DNA of 64,000 bases, taken from contig OZ336888.1 in NCBI GenBank assembly GCA_965287045.1, positions 30,132,001 through 30,196,000 of the forward strand, written 5' to 3'. A program made the translations under genes and the position numbers. Within the stretch, counting starts at the first letter, position 1, and every line of letters starts with the position of its first letter. The notes below the pieces were generated by a model that ran no database searches, was not told the origin of the DNA, and was given only the letters and a program-made list of their open reading frames with translations. Source of the DNA: Carcharhinus amblyrhynchos. Its lineage: Eukaryota. Shown here piece after piece: positions 35,821 through 49,011 of the stretch.

Positions 35821-36424
35821 CTAGAACAAGAATAAATTATAGGAATGTGATGTTATATATTTATTTGTGCAATATTTTAACATACAATAAGATTGCACCA
35901 TCATAGAATACTTTAACTGATTTGATCCAAAACGATGTATGTTTGCAGGATTTTTAATACCACATATATGCAAAGATCACATTTATGGAAAGTTACAAGT
36001 CACTAATTACTTAAGTATCATTTTAGGAGCAGGCAAATTGTAACTGCTCTCCAAACAATAATTTAGGGGCGCAGGTATCTCAATCCGATAATTGCCTCCT
36101 TTGAAGATGCTCATTACATGGCAGAGCATTTAGGGGTCATTTTCAACAATAAAAATAGTCTTCCCTTCAATCACAATCAGATACTAAGATAATTTCCATC
36201 ACCCAATAGATAATGGTGATTAACTTTCTTATTTGATTATGCACATGTACATTGTGGGAAATTGAAGAAAATGTAACATTAAATTTAAAGATGAGAGCTT
36301 GTTTTGCAGAATGCAATATAGCAGAACACTTGTCAAATTAACCAACAAACAGTGCCAAGCAATGATGGTAAAAAACAGGAGCTAAAAGCACCATAAACCT
36401 CATAACAACAATAGGAGGCAAACA

Positions 36425-37740
36425 GACATAGGTAGCCCTTCACCTCCCACCCAGAGCATGATATAGAGTCCCTCTTGTCCTCACTTTCCACTCCATCAAC
36501 CCCTGCAGATAAAGGATCATTCTTCACCACTTCTACCAACTCCAACATTATGCCACAATGAAATACATCTTCCCCTCACCTCCACTGCCAACATTTCATA
36601 GTCACCACTCCCTCCATGACATCCTGATCAACTCCTACATCACCCCTAATTCATTATCCTTTCCCATGGCATTTTCCCTTACAATTGCAGAAGGTGCAAT
36701 ACCAGCCCCTTTACCCTTTTGCACGCTCACTCCAGGCAGCAGGTGGCATAGTAGTTAACACTACTATCTCACAGCTCAGGGACCTGGGTTCAATTCCAGC
36801 CTTGGGTGACTATCTGTGAGGAGTTTGCACGTTCTTCCCATGTTTATGTGGGTTTCCTTTGGGTGTTCCAGCTTCCTCCCACAGTCCAAAGATGTGCAGG
36901 TTAGGTGGATTGGCTATGCTAAATTGACCCTTAATGTCCCAAGGCGTGTAGGTCAGATGGAAAGTAAATGTTTGGGGTTGCAGGAATGGAGTGGGGGAGA
37001 AGGCCTGGGTAAGATACTCTGTCAGAGAGGTGGTGCAAACCCAATGGGCAGAATGATCTCTTCTGCATTGTAGGGATTCAATGATTAATCGTAAGTCCCC
37101 AAGCACTCCCTTATGCTGAAGCAACATTTCATTTGCTCCTCCTTCAATTTGGTCTACTGTATCCGCTGCACCGCACCCAATACAGCTTCCTCTAGATTGG
37201 GGAGACTAAAACAGGACATCTTAGCTCAACCCACAATCGTTACACAAACCTTCCTGTCGCCTGCCATTTCAACTCAGCATCTTGATTTAATGTCCAATGT
37301 CTGTCCTTGACATCCTGCAATGCTCCAGTGAAGCCCAATGAAAATTGCAGGAGGAGTATTATATCTTCTGATTAGATACGTTATAGCCCTCAGGACTCAA
37401 CACTGACTTCAACAACTTTAGACTGAGACTTTTCTCCTCCATCCTGCCATTTTTTAAAAAAGAATTTATATCCAAAACATTTTTTATCCCAATGCAAAAA
37501 GACCCAACCTCCCCCTGAAAAGGCCATTTGGCACCTGTTCTTTAATTTTACATTCACTGAGCATTGAAATTATTTTCCCATTAAAGCATTCTAATATCTT
37601 ACCTTTATTCAACCACTAGCATCTTGTCCTGCCATTAATACTTCCTTTGACTTGTGACCTGCACATCTTTGCTGCTATCTCTCTTAGTTCCCACCAATCA
37701 CTTACCTTCTACTCACCTGCAGCTGCTATACCCCCTCTTA
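36425..37740 (+). mobile_element. Old Penelope-like element (family of 5040-6263) interrupted by an HE1 SINE
   Basis: tgcagaaggtgcaatacc, IGETK GIY-YIG motif (attggggagactaaa), caacactgacttcaacaactttaga shared with about 5830. Confidence 0.7.
36736..37085 (+). mobile_element. HE1-type SINE
   Basis: Head ggtggcatagtagttaacac, tail tgtagggattc. Confidence 0.85.
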
Positions 37741-37741
37741 T

Positions 37742-37960
37742 AGAAACATAGAATCCCCACAGTGCATAAGACGCCATACAGCCCATTGAGTCAGCACTGA
37801 CTCTCTGACAAAGCATCCCACCCAGGCCCTAACCCCACATATTTAACTTGTTAATCCACCTAAACTATACACCTTGAGACACTAAGGAGCAATTTAGTAT
37901 GACCAATTCACCTAACCTGTACATGTTGGACTGTGGGAGGAATCCAGAATATCCTCAGGA
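37742..37960 (-). mobile_element. HE1-type SINE 3' fragment
   Basis: catagaatccccacagtgca...ggactgtgggagg. Confidence 0.75.
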
Positions 37961-37996
37961 ACAGAACATAATCCGTCACATTTCTACCTCTAACTC

Positions 37997-39600
37997 AGAA
38001 GATATCAAGAAACTGCTGATGGCACTGGATATTGCAAAGGCTATGAGTTCTGACAACATTCAGCAATAGTCTTGAAGACTTGTGATCCAGAACTTGCTGT
38101 GCCCCTAGCCAAACTATTCCAGGAATGCACTGGCTATTCCAGGAATTCCACAGGCAACTACCCAGCAATGGGAAAATTGCCCAGGTATATCCTGTATGCA
38201 TGAAAAGCCAATTATCGCCCCATCAGTCTACCCTCGAATGTCAGCAAAATGATGGAAGGAGTCATCAACACAACAATTAAGCAGCACTTTTGCAGCAAAA
38301 ACCTGCTCATGGACAACCACTTTCAGTTCTGCCAGGCTCACTCACCTCCTGACCTCATTACAGTCTTGGTTCAAACATGAAAAAAGGGCTGACAGACCTT
38401 GACATCAAAGCAGCATTTGAGCAAGTATGGCATCAAGGACCCTTAGCAAAACTGGAGTCAATGGGGATCAGAGGAAAACCCTTCACTGCTTGGTGTCTTA
38501 CCTGACACAAAGAAGATGGTTCTGGTGATTGGAGGTCCAAGACATCACTGCAGGAGGTTCCTAGTGTAGAGTCCCAGCCCCATCTTCAGTTGCTTTATCT
38601 ATGACCTTCTACCATCATAAGGTCAGAAGTGAAGATGTTTGCAGATGACTGCACAATGTTCAGCACCATTCGCAACTCCTTAGACACTGAAGCAGGTCAT
38701 GTCCAATGCAGCAAAACATGGACAATATCAAGGCTTGAGCTGACAAGTGGCAAGCAATATTCACATCACACAAAGGCAGTATGGTGGCACAGTGGTTAGC
38801 ACTGCTGCCTCACAGCACCAGGGACCCAGGTTCAATTTCCAGCTTGGGTAACTGTCTGTGTGGAGTTTGCACATTCTCCCTGTGTCTGCATGGATTTTCT
38901 TCGGGTGCTCTGGTTTCCTCCCACAGTCCAAAGATGTGTGGGTTAAGCAGATTGGCCATGCTAAATTTCCCCTCAGTGTTGTGGAGATTAGTTAGGGTAA
39001 ATGCATGGGGTTATGGAGGTAGAGCCTGGGTGGAACTGTGGTCACTGCAGACTCGATGGGCTGAATGGCCTCCTACTGCAGTATAGGATTCTATGAAGTC
39101 CCAGGCAATGACCATCTCCAAAAAGCGAGGATCCAACCAATGCCCCCTGACATTCAATGGCATTACCATTGCTAAATCTCCCACTACCATTCCTGAGGGT
39201 TACTATTGATCAGTAACTGAATTGGACTAGCCATATAAATACTGTGGCTACCAGAACAGAACAAAGGTTAGGAAATCTGCAATGAGTAATTCACTTCCTG
39301 ACTCCACACAGCCGTTCCACCATCTACAAGGCACAAGTCAGAAGTGTAATGGAATATTCTTCACTTGCCTGGGTGAGTGCAGGTCCAACAGCACTCAAAA
39401 AGCTTGACACCATCAAGGGCAAAGCAGCCTGCATGATGGTTACCCCTTCCACAAACATCCCTCCACCATTGACAGTGGCAGCTACAATCTACATGATACT
39501 CTGCAGGAATTCGCCAAGATTCATTAGGCGGCACCTTTCAGATCCACGATCACTACCATATAGAAGGACTAATGCAGCAGATACCTGGGAATGCCACGTT
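37997..39600 (+). mobile_element. Degraded CR1-like LINE (family of 2975-4690) with a nested HE1 SINE
   Basis: LKTCDPELA.PLAKLFQ, DIKAAFEQVWHQG, MFADDCT, MEYSSLAW. Confidence 0.85.
38775..39095 (+). mobile_element. HE1-type SINE
   Basis: ggtggcacagtggttagcactgctgcctcacagc head, ggattctatg tail. Confidence 0.9.
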
Positions 39601-41009
39601 GGAGATTCCCCTCCCCATCGATCCCCATGCAGAATGGCAGTGGACCCCTCTGTCCCAATTGATTGCCTCATGACAAATTGGCAGTGCCAAGTTGCCTCCC
39701 TGGGCACTGGCATTTTGCCACTTGCGTAGTGCTAGGGGCACAGGCTGAGGGCACAAGCCAAGGGGGCATCAGCACCCCAGACACCTAACCCCTGGGGGTC
39801 CCAACTGCCCCCCCTTTCACTCCAGCAGGGTCGTTCCAACAGTTCCCCTAAAGTGAAGACTTTCTGTCAACCCCGCTGGACTGAAATACTCTGGTGGGGT
39901 GGGAGAGGCTAGCGGGCCCAGAGAATTCAGTCCTTGGCCTGCTAATCACATAATTACTTATCTGATGTTCACACCGGTTTCCAACATCGATCCGATGGCG
40001 CCAGAAATCTGGCGCTGGTAGATGAGTGCATGCAGCAGGAATGCACGCGTGAATCACACGCATGCCTGGACGTGAGACCTTCCCACCATGCTGCACTAGA
40101 AAATTAATGCAGCATGGTGGGAAAATCACCCCCTATGTTTCAATCTGCATCAGGTACACACAGTGAAGGACCAGATATAATCATTAACAGCAACAGTCTC
40201 AAGGTTGTAGAAAAATTCTCATATTTTGACAGAATGCTCTCTAAGGATGCCACTATTAATGAAGACATTAATGTTTCTTGATTCTAAAGAATGTGAATTT
40301 TCTGAAGGAACAGGCTTTTCTTGACCTCCTCCAAACTGGACATTACCCTGAATCCCAACCAGCTAGTTGACTTATCACTCTTGTGGCTTTTTTCACAAGT
40401 TTGCCTGGCCCTGGAGGTGCCTCGCACCTCAACTTGTCAACCTTACTTCAATGCTGGCTGCCTGGCTATGGCCTTCCCAGGCCTCCTCAGCCCTGACCTG
40501 GGCATCGAGTCACCCCTGCTCCCCTAATGACAGCTTGCTCGCCAACTCACAAAAAAGTTAGGGTAAGTAAACACAGGAGATCTTTGGCATGACTGCCACC
40601 TCTCACCCTCCTATTCGCTTCAATGTTCAACAGTGTTTTCTGAATTCAAGGCTAGCAGTCTTTACATTGGCCCCAAAGACACTGGCCAGTCCGCCACTGC
40701 CCCCCACCCCCAACCCCATTGATCGGGGACTGTGAGTAGAGATTGCACAGGGTCATCTAGATTCTAGGCAATGTGGTTTCTCCAGAAATCAGCAAGTCTA
40801 AGTTATCAGATAATTCACCCATACTTTTGATAGATGAGGATGAATGTGCAGTTTGCGCACTGTTCAATAGCTTAAACATTTTAAAGTGAAATGACAAACT
40901 GTCCTTTAGTTCTATTCTCTCCCCACAGATGATGTCAGACCTGCTGAGATTTTCTAGTGTTTTCTGTTTTTGTTTCAGATTCCAGCATCCAGCGTACCTT
41001 GCTTTTATC

Positions 41010-42680
41010 ATGACCATTTATATCTGTGCTGCACACCATCTGTAGAGTTGCTGAAGGTCTTTTGTAATTTGGCATCTTTTGCTGTGTCCATCTGTAGTCT
41101 GGATGAGGCATCTGGTCTGCTGCCAGCGCTGCTGGATCATCCAGCTGCATCAATGTTGCAGTGAATGAGCAGCCTGGAAATGGCCAGCAACATTGGAAGT
41201 TGCTAAAGGCCGTCCAGCTGCTCACTGTTTTGAGCCGGGCATATATGTTAATTAACTGGAGTGGAGGATTCTTGTGTGTCAGTAATGAGGGGGCAACTGC
41301 CCACCACCTCCTTAACTTTGCAGATGATGAAGCTGACCCCCTCAATAGCAGAATACCTAGGCCGGCGGAATGCAAGTCATTTCCTCCTGACAGATTAATG
41401 GTCCCAATGCGACCACTGCCTGTAGGAGCTGAGATGCAATGTCTCATACTCCAGCACAACAGAACAGCAGATTGCTTTAACCTTGGAAAGGTAATCCACC
41501 TGGCAAAACATCATGTAGTGGATTTAACACTATGCACGTTAGTGAAAGCAATCTTTATCCCCATTTTAACATGTAGCCTTACACTATTCAAGGATACAAT
41601 ATGTGCTGGACAGAGGTGTGCAAACATCCCTCATCAGCCTGAACCAGGAGAAGGCTTTTGACAGAATATTGCACACCTATAAGATGGATGTGCTCTCCAA
41701 AAGGAGGTTTGGGGACAGAATCCGCAAGTGAATCCATCTGCCCTGCACAAACATAATTAGCACAGTTTCAACCAAAGGATGAGAATCAGAAAGCTTTCAA
41801 ATTAAATCTGGAGTCAGGTAGGACTGCCCTCTCTCGCCTGTCCTGTTCATGGACTGCATAGAACCCTTTGCTGAGCCCCTCAGGAAAGCTAAAATACAGA
41901 TGGAGTGTGAGAAGGTAAAATCCAATACCAGTGTCTTCTGCTTAAACAAAGGAGACTACAAAGGGATGAGAAAGATGTTAGCTAAGATAAACTGGGAGCA
42001 AAAACTTTATGGTGGGACAACTGAGGAACAGTGGAGGACTTTGCCTGTGCAAAGAAGGTCTGGAGAGAGATGAGGTGGTTCTAGTCGAGGTTCATCCTGA
42101 GCAGCTCTATGACTCAGGTCTCTGTGCTCTATGGGCTGTTCCCAGAGATGCACTCTGAGACAAACATCAGCTGTTGCTGGAGGATCATCAACTCAGTGAA
42201 GGAGGTTCTTTGGTCTACCTGAAACTTGTTGATCTTCCAGTGCAAGGAGTTCTCTCCAACTGAGTGTTGCACACTGGCATATTCCAAAGCCCTGGACTAC
42301 GTCCTGAGGGACACACTAAAGCTTGGGGTAGTTGCTGCGGAGGCACAACGGGAAAGGTCGCTGTCTAAGACCTTTCAGCCACTCAGAACTGAGGATAGTG
42401 GAATTGGAACAGAAACCCTCGGGCTGTATATCTCATAGAATGTATACAGTGAATATTACATGTGTCACAATTGTATGGAAGCACCTCAGATGCAACTTGC
42501 TGTAGCTGACAACTTAAGCACCTTTGCAGCATTTGCAATGACCATTTTGAAATGTTTGTAACGTTTCTTTGCGTGTACTGAAGGACGTCAGGATTGCATC
42601 ACGACGTGATGGCCATTTTGAAATATGTGTAACGTTATTTCAGATATTTTATGAATAATGTATAATTTTGAAATCAAAAT
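41010..42680. mobile_element. Rearranged Tx1/L1-like LINE fragments (endonuclease on -, RT and 3' end on +)
   Basis: Minus strand LQLINIYA; plus strand IKSGVR.DCPLSPVLF..CIEPFAE; 3' end tatgaataa. Confidence 0.6.
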
Positions 42681-42789
42681 AAAAAGTCTGAGGTCTTAGC
42701 ACCCATGTAGGAGGTAGGCAAAAGACCTCTGAATTGACAGGGAAGGATAAAATTAAAAGAGGAAAAATATAGGGGGATTAGGATATAGA

Positions 42790-43573
42790 ATATAGGATTC
42801 TCCCATTCTGACCTGCTAATTTTTTGGTGGATCGAGCCAGGGGATTCATGCATGTGCCGATTTGCACTGGAGGCCTGGGGGCAGGGCCAGTTGAGGGCAA
42901 TTGATAGGGGTGGGGGTGCCACTCTGCGGATAGGATCGGTCAGGGCTGGAGGGAGGTCAGCGATCGGGGTGGTCTGGGTGGGGTGTGCCGGTGGTCTGCC
43001 TCCTGTAGGAGGGGGAGGGGGGGTGCAACTGCCAGGGTGGGGTTGCCTCCCAGGGGAGGGGGTATCTGCCCAGGAAGTAGAGTCTGCTGGGGTGGGAGGG
43101 CGTCTGCCTCCGGGGGAAAGGATCTGTCGGGGTGGAGGAGGTGGAAGAAGGCGGCTGGAGATAGGGGTGGTCTGAGGCAGGAGGAGAGGGTCAGGACTGG
43201 CTCAGGAAAGGTTGTGGGTGCCGCGATTGTGCCATGGTGGGGCAGGGTGGGGGATGGAGGGGGGGCAAGGGAGGAGGGGGTTAGGTGGGGGGAGGGGCAG
43301 CATTGTGGGGGTTCTGGGCTGGTCAGCGATCGAGTTGGCCAGCAAATTGCAGGCTGATGGTTCGGGGCCACTGCGCATGTGCAGAGTTCCGGAACTGTCA
43401 AACTCTGATGTAAATACCCCCCGAGCTTTTAATGATAATCACTATTGTAACCTCTGCATTGCACAGAGTGAGGAGATTTGAGTCTGAACTCCCACTGAAA
43501 AAAAAGCAATTGTGAGTTACACCATTTTTCCCGTGAATTCAGCACTTAGAGCTTTTTTGGGAGAATTGCTCCC
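42790..43573. mobile_element. Non-autonomous TIR element (Harbinger-like MITE) with G-rich core
   Basis: Ends ggattctccc / gggagaattgctccc; shares gcgcatg.gcagagtt and cagcacttaga with 10674-11901. Confidence 0.55.
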
Positions 43574-43792
43574 TAGGTTTTTCCTGATTTCACACCACCA
43601 AGGAATCAATGCCTTACTTCCATCAAATGTACTTCTCATTTAAGATCGATCATAATTTTTATTTAAAAATTTACTCTAAGTAAATAAGTAAGTAACTGAC
43701 CATAAAATAGTCTTTAAAGAAAACTTTTAGCACATATGTGCAGAGAAATATTAATTCCAGTTCTTTATTATATAAAACCGATTTCAACTCAC

Positions 43793-43947
43793 AAGCTTGT
43801 CGCCTCTTTTGGAACAGCACCCATGTCATCCATGCATCAAATGCCCTTTTTAATTTGTTAGTTCTATAAAAATGTTCAGCCTTTATTGCATATTGGAGCA
43901 TTTTCATCCGCCGCCTTTTTATGCTTCTGATATACAACTGCCATCCA
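43793..43947 (-). CDS. FBXL13: FBXL13 coding exon (GWQLYIRSIKRRRMKMLQYAIKAEHFYRTNKLKRAFDAWMTWVLFQKRRQA)
   Basis: cttttttttcag / gtgagt, 155 nt, lies within ORF 43671..44051, phases consistent on both sides. Confidence 0.9.
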
Positions 43948-44734
43948 CTGAAAAAAAAGGCAGAAAAATAAAGAAAAATTATTGCTTGCTTATCTAGTAA
44001 CAAAGAAGAGCAAACTTGTAAAACACGGTACAGTAACCCTGGACATAGCATGTTGTAATCTCTGTTCCTTAACTAGTTTCAGCTAAACCCCACCAAAAAT
44101 TCTCATTGGTTTTGCCATCCTATTAAGCTGTAAACACTGAAAACATTAATTAAAACTCAGTGTGATATACTGTAGTTGACATCACCAGAAAACAAAGAAA
44201 AATGAAAAAGTATCTAATGCAAAAATATTCCTTTTCTTCCTTTAGTACACATATGTTTACTGTAGGTTTGGTAATATTTTCAGATTAGAAATGTCGTTGA
44301 GGAAAAACATCAATGAGTTTTCCCAATCATTCACCAAATTTTTGGACAGGATTTTCCAGTAGGCTTCAGGACATGTTCAAATGGGATTCAGAAGCCTGCA
44401 CTATGTGGGAATACCACTCACCTGTGACTTTATTGAATTGGTCAATTAACGGTCAGACCGTAAGTTTGCTGTCCAACTAAATCTGACATTCACCTGCTTG
44501 CATGCAGCAGATGGACTCCATGGCAAGTAAGTAAGAAAGAGCGTACCTTGAAATGAGGCCAAGTAGGTAAAGAGGACTTTAAAACCTGCCTTGTGCACTT
44601 GCTCCCTTGGTCTGCTACCAGGTGACTGACTTAAACTTGCATTGGGAAACATGCAAGCCAAACGTGCAAACTTCCAGTCAGCTTTTGCCAGTCGATCTTG
44701 GCAGGACTTAAAAAAACTTTCATGGGATCCGGGC

Positions 44735-45660
44735 ATTGACTAGGCCTTTATTTACTGCCCATTCCTAGTTGCTGTTGCTCAGGGGTGGGGTGGCAATGAG
44801 CTTAATTCTTGAACCACCACTGATCCACAAAGTGTAGGTATATCCACAGAGCTGTTAGGAAAAGAAGTCCAAGATTTTGGCCCGGTGACACTGAAAGAAC
44901 GGTCATAAACTTCCAAGTCAGGATGGTGTGCGGCTCAGAGGGGAACTTGCAGGTATTAGTGTTCCCATGTACCTGCTGCAATTGTCCACCCATATGATAG
45001 AAGTCACATGTTTGGAATTTTTAGTCAAAAGAGCTTTGATAAATCACTGCAGTGCATCACGTGGCTGGTAACATTGCTGCTACTATGTGTCAATGCTGGA
45101 GGAACTGAATGTTTGTGGATGGGGTATCAGTCAAGCAGGCTGCTTTGCCCTGGATGGTTTTGTGCTATCTGAATGTTATTGGAGCTACAATTATACAAGC
45201 AAATGCAGAATGCGCCATCAGTTGCCTGAGTTGTACCTGATTGGTGATGGATAGGCTGTGGAGTGTAAAGAGGTGAGTTAGTTGCCACAGAATCCACTGC
45301 CACTGACCTGCTCTTGTAGCAAGAAGTCTGACAACACCTGGTTTCTTACTGTGTTACTTCTTACTGTGCTTACCCCAGGCCAATGCCGGCATCTCCACAT
45401 CATGCCTGCTCTTGTAGCCACAGTTTTTTATATGGTTGGTCCAGTTCAGTTTCTGGTCAATGGCAACCCCAGGACATTGATAGTGGGGATTCAATGATGT
45501 TAAGCCATTGAACATCAAAGGGAAATAAATGGTTGAATCCTCTCTTGTTGGAGGTGTTTATTACTTGGCACTTGTATGGTGTGAATGTTACTTACCACTT
45601 ATTAGCCCAAGCTGGATGTTTAGATCTTTTTTGCATTTGGGGATGGACTACTTCAGCATC
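44735..45660 (-). mobile_element. CR1-like LINE 3' portion (family of 2975-4690)
   Basis: Reverse of ggggttgccattgaccagaaactgaactggacc, 3' UTR motifs. Confidence 0.75.
45321..45404 (+). mobile_element. 84-bp collapsed Penelope-like insertion with perfect 14-bp TSD
   Basis: aagaagtctgacaacacc (inverted start) plus cttcttactgtgcttaccccaggccaatgccggcatctccacatcatg (family tail); TSD cctgctcttgtagc at 45307-45320 and 45405-45418. Confidence 0.85.
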
Positions 45661-46019
45661 TAATTATCATTAATTGGCTACCCACTTTATGTGGGTTGCC
45701 CTAACTACTTCATATGCTGGAGGCCAGATGGATGCAGCCTGCCAACTAATATACCAGTGCTAATTGCTGCGCCCTTCCGTCTCCACACTACCAAACTGGG
45801 GCCTAAAATTCCTTCTTTAAGTCTTTGACATGGAACTTGAAACCACAGTCTTTGAACTCAGAGGTGAGAGTGCTATCACTAAATCATCACTGACACATGT
45901 CAACATGTTGTGAATAATTAAGTGGCACTGCAACACCTGGTGTAAGGAATGCAAACTTTCAAAAATATTATAGAATGATTATAGAATTAGTAGGCATTGT
46001 TGTTACGCGTTTGATTAAA

Positions 46020-47535
46020 GGACAAAGAAAAGTACAACACAGAAACAGGCCCTTCAGTCCTCCAACCTTGTGTCAATCATGATGCCTTAAATAAACAAAA
46101 AAAACCTTCTGCTCTTATTCAGAATATAGGCTACTATTCTCCTCCTATTCATGTACCCATCCAGATGCCCCTTAAATGTTGCTAATATGCCTGCTTTCAT
46201 CACTTCCTCTACAGCGCATTCCAAGCACTCACACACCGTGAAAAACTTTCCCAAAACATAGAAGCATAGAATCCCAGCAGTGCAGAAGGAGGCCATTTGG
46301 TCCATCAAGCTTGCACTGACAATAATCCCATCAAGGCCCTATCCTTGTAAGCCCATGTATTTACCCTGCTAATCCCCCTGACACGAAGGATCAATTCAGC
46401 ATGAACAATCCAGCTGACTCACATACCTTTGAACAGTGGGAGGAAATCTGAGCACCTGGAGAAAACTCCACACAGACAGTTATCCAAGGCCAGAATTGAA
46501 CCCAGAATCCTGGCGTTGTGAAGCAGCAGTGCTAACCATTGTGCCACCATGCCACATCTCCCTTAAACTTTCCCCCTCTCACCTTAAATCTGTGCCCCCT
46601 TGTAATTGACATTTCCAACCTGGGAAAAAGCCTCTCATAATTTTGTAAACCTCTATTATGTTTCCCCTCAGCCTCCATCTTTCCAGTGAAAACAATCCCA
46701 GTCTATTCAACCTCTTCTCATAGCCAACATCCTCAAGACCAGGCAACTCTCGCCAAAGCTTCCTCGTCTTTCTGTAGTGTGGTGATCAGACTGTATGCAA
46801 TACTCCAAATGTGGCCTAACCAAGGTTTTGGACAGCTGCAACATGATTTGCCAAATCTTGTACTCAATGCCCCAGCCAATGAAGGCAAGCCTTCTTAATT
46901 ACCTTAGATACCTATATTGCCACTTTTAGGGAACAGTGGACCTTGACGTCCAGATTCCTTTGCATGATAACGTTCCTAAGGGTTCTGTCATTTACAGTAT
47001 AATTCACACCTAAATTTGATCCTCCAAAGCGCATCACTTTTTATTTGTCCAAGTTAAACTCTATCTGCCATTTCTGTGCCCAAGTCTCCAATCTATCTAT
47101 ATATCCTGTTGTATCCTCTGACAATCTCTGACACTGTCAGCAACTCCACCAATCTTTGTGTCATCCACAAACTTAATAATCAGACCACGCATATTTTCCT
47201 CCAGATCATTTATATATACCACAAACAACAGAGGACCCTGCACTGATCCCTGTGGAACACTACTAGCTACAGATTTCCGTTCTGAAAATCACCCTTCCAC
47301 TTTCTATCTTCTATGACCAAGCCAGTTCTGTATCCATCTAGCCTGTACACCCTGAATCCCATCTGATTTTAGTTTTTGTACCAGTCTGCCATATGGGATC
47401 TTGTCAAACACCTTACTAAAGTCCACATAAACCATATCCATAGCCTATCCTCATCAATTATTTTGTCACCTCTTCAAAAAACTCAGTGGGACATGATCAT
47501 CCCCATGCAAAACCATATTGTCTGTCACTAACTAT
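46020..47535 (-). mobile_element. CR1 LINE 3' portion with a nested HE1 SINE (about 46258-46553)
   Basis: Reverse DFSKVFDKIP, VPQGSVQGPLLF, KFVDDTKIGG motifs; SINE head gtgctaaccattgtgccacc. Confidence 0.85.
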
Positions 47536-49011
47536 TCAAGGTACAATTTAAATATTACAAGTGAGCCCTGGATGCAATTGTCCAGGCTTCCATGCCTCTG
47601 TGACCTCTCTGATGAAGGTGCTCAATGGTGAGATCGCGTATGATCCTCCTCAACGCAGACCAGAGAGGATAGCCTCTCTGATATGACCTGAGGCAGCCCA
47701 CCCCCACCCCACAGGAGGTCAGGTGCAAAGGATTGCTCCTTGGACAGTACCAGCCTGGCACGCTGGCAGTGCTCACCAGGCACCCTTGCACTGCCAGCCT
47801 GGCCCTGTCACTCCCATCTTACCTGGAGTGTACTTCAGGGATCTGAGGAGCTGCAGCACTGTGAGTTTTCTTAAGGGCAGGAGATAGTAGGCACCTACTT
47901 GAACCAATCAGGCACTTCAATATCACAATATTGGAACTATAAGGCAGCAGCATTGTGATCCCTTTAACCTGGAGACATTAGAACAGGAGGATCCAGGATT
48001 TGAAAAGTACAAGACAGGGAAAGCTGCACATTCATTCCACTACTTCTCTCTGGCAGAAGAGAATGAAATGTTGAGGACCTGAGTGATCCCCCTTAGATAA
48101 CAGTGGATAAAAAACAGTGAAATGTCACAAGGAGCCAGACAAATAAGAGTTTAAAGCCAGCCATGGCCATTTTCACAGCCACTGGCACTGAAGCTTTTGC
48201 CGTGTTCTGAGATTGCAGTTATGGTTGTAGCAAGTGGAAAATTTCAGTAAAGATGTCATTACTGAAGCACATATGTGTGAAACCTTGTGCCTTGCCATGG
48301 TTCGGGTAACAGAATTGCACAACCTTCTGATTCAGAGGTGCGAATGCTACTGTTAAACTGTGGCTGACATCTAAAATTTAAAATGTTCATCCTGTCATTT
48401 AAACTCCTCTACTGCCTTAGCCTTCCCTGTTTTTCCAGATTGCAAATCCTCCCTCTGGAAATCTCCACACCTTTGATTCAAACTTTTGTGATCTCCCTCT
48501 CCCTTCTCCTCACCATTAGTTCAGTTGCCGAAGTCCTACTCTTTGGAATTCTATCCACAAATTCCTTCAACTCTCTTGGCTCATTTCAGATCTTCCGTAA
48601 ACTTCTTTGACTCATGCCTTTATTGTCCTCCCCCAATCTTTCTTTCTTTGTCTGAGGGCAGAATTTTCTCAAAAAAAAGATAAAGTGGCACCTTAGGTGG
48701 GAAAATGACAAAGAAACTGCCAGCTACAAAGATGGCTTTCCCTGCCAAACTGTTTGGCACATAGCTGAAAAAAAAATGAAAGAACGTAGCTCATCAGGTC
48801 ACATTGCTGGGGCAGGCTCTCATTAAGCTCACCCCGTCAGCAATTTCAGTTGTAAAAAATCAGGGTCCATTTTTAAAAGATGTCCCAACACAAGAAGTTA
48901 AAAAGGTAAACTTACCCGTCCCACTCCAGTCCCATGGAACACCATCCCTCTCCCCCTTGAGCCAAACGCTCACCTGAACTCCTCTGACTCACCAGGTACA
49001 GGCTGTGGGAG

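Noticed and set aside
43671-44051. 126-aa ORF as a standalone gene
   Set aside because: Only 43793-43947 is exon, bounded by canonical splice sites; the flanks are intron read-through
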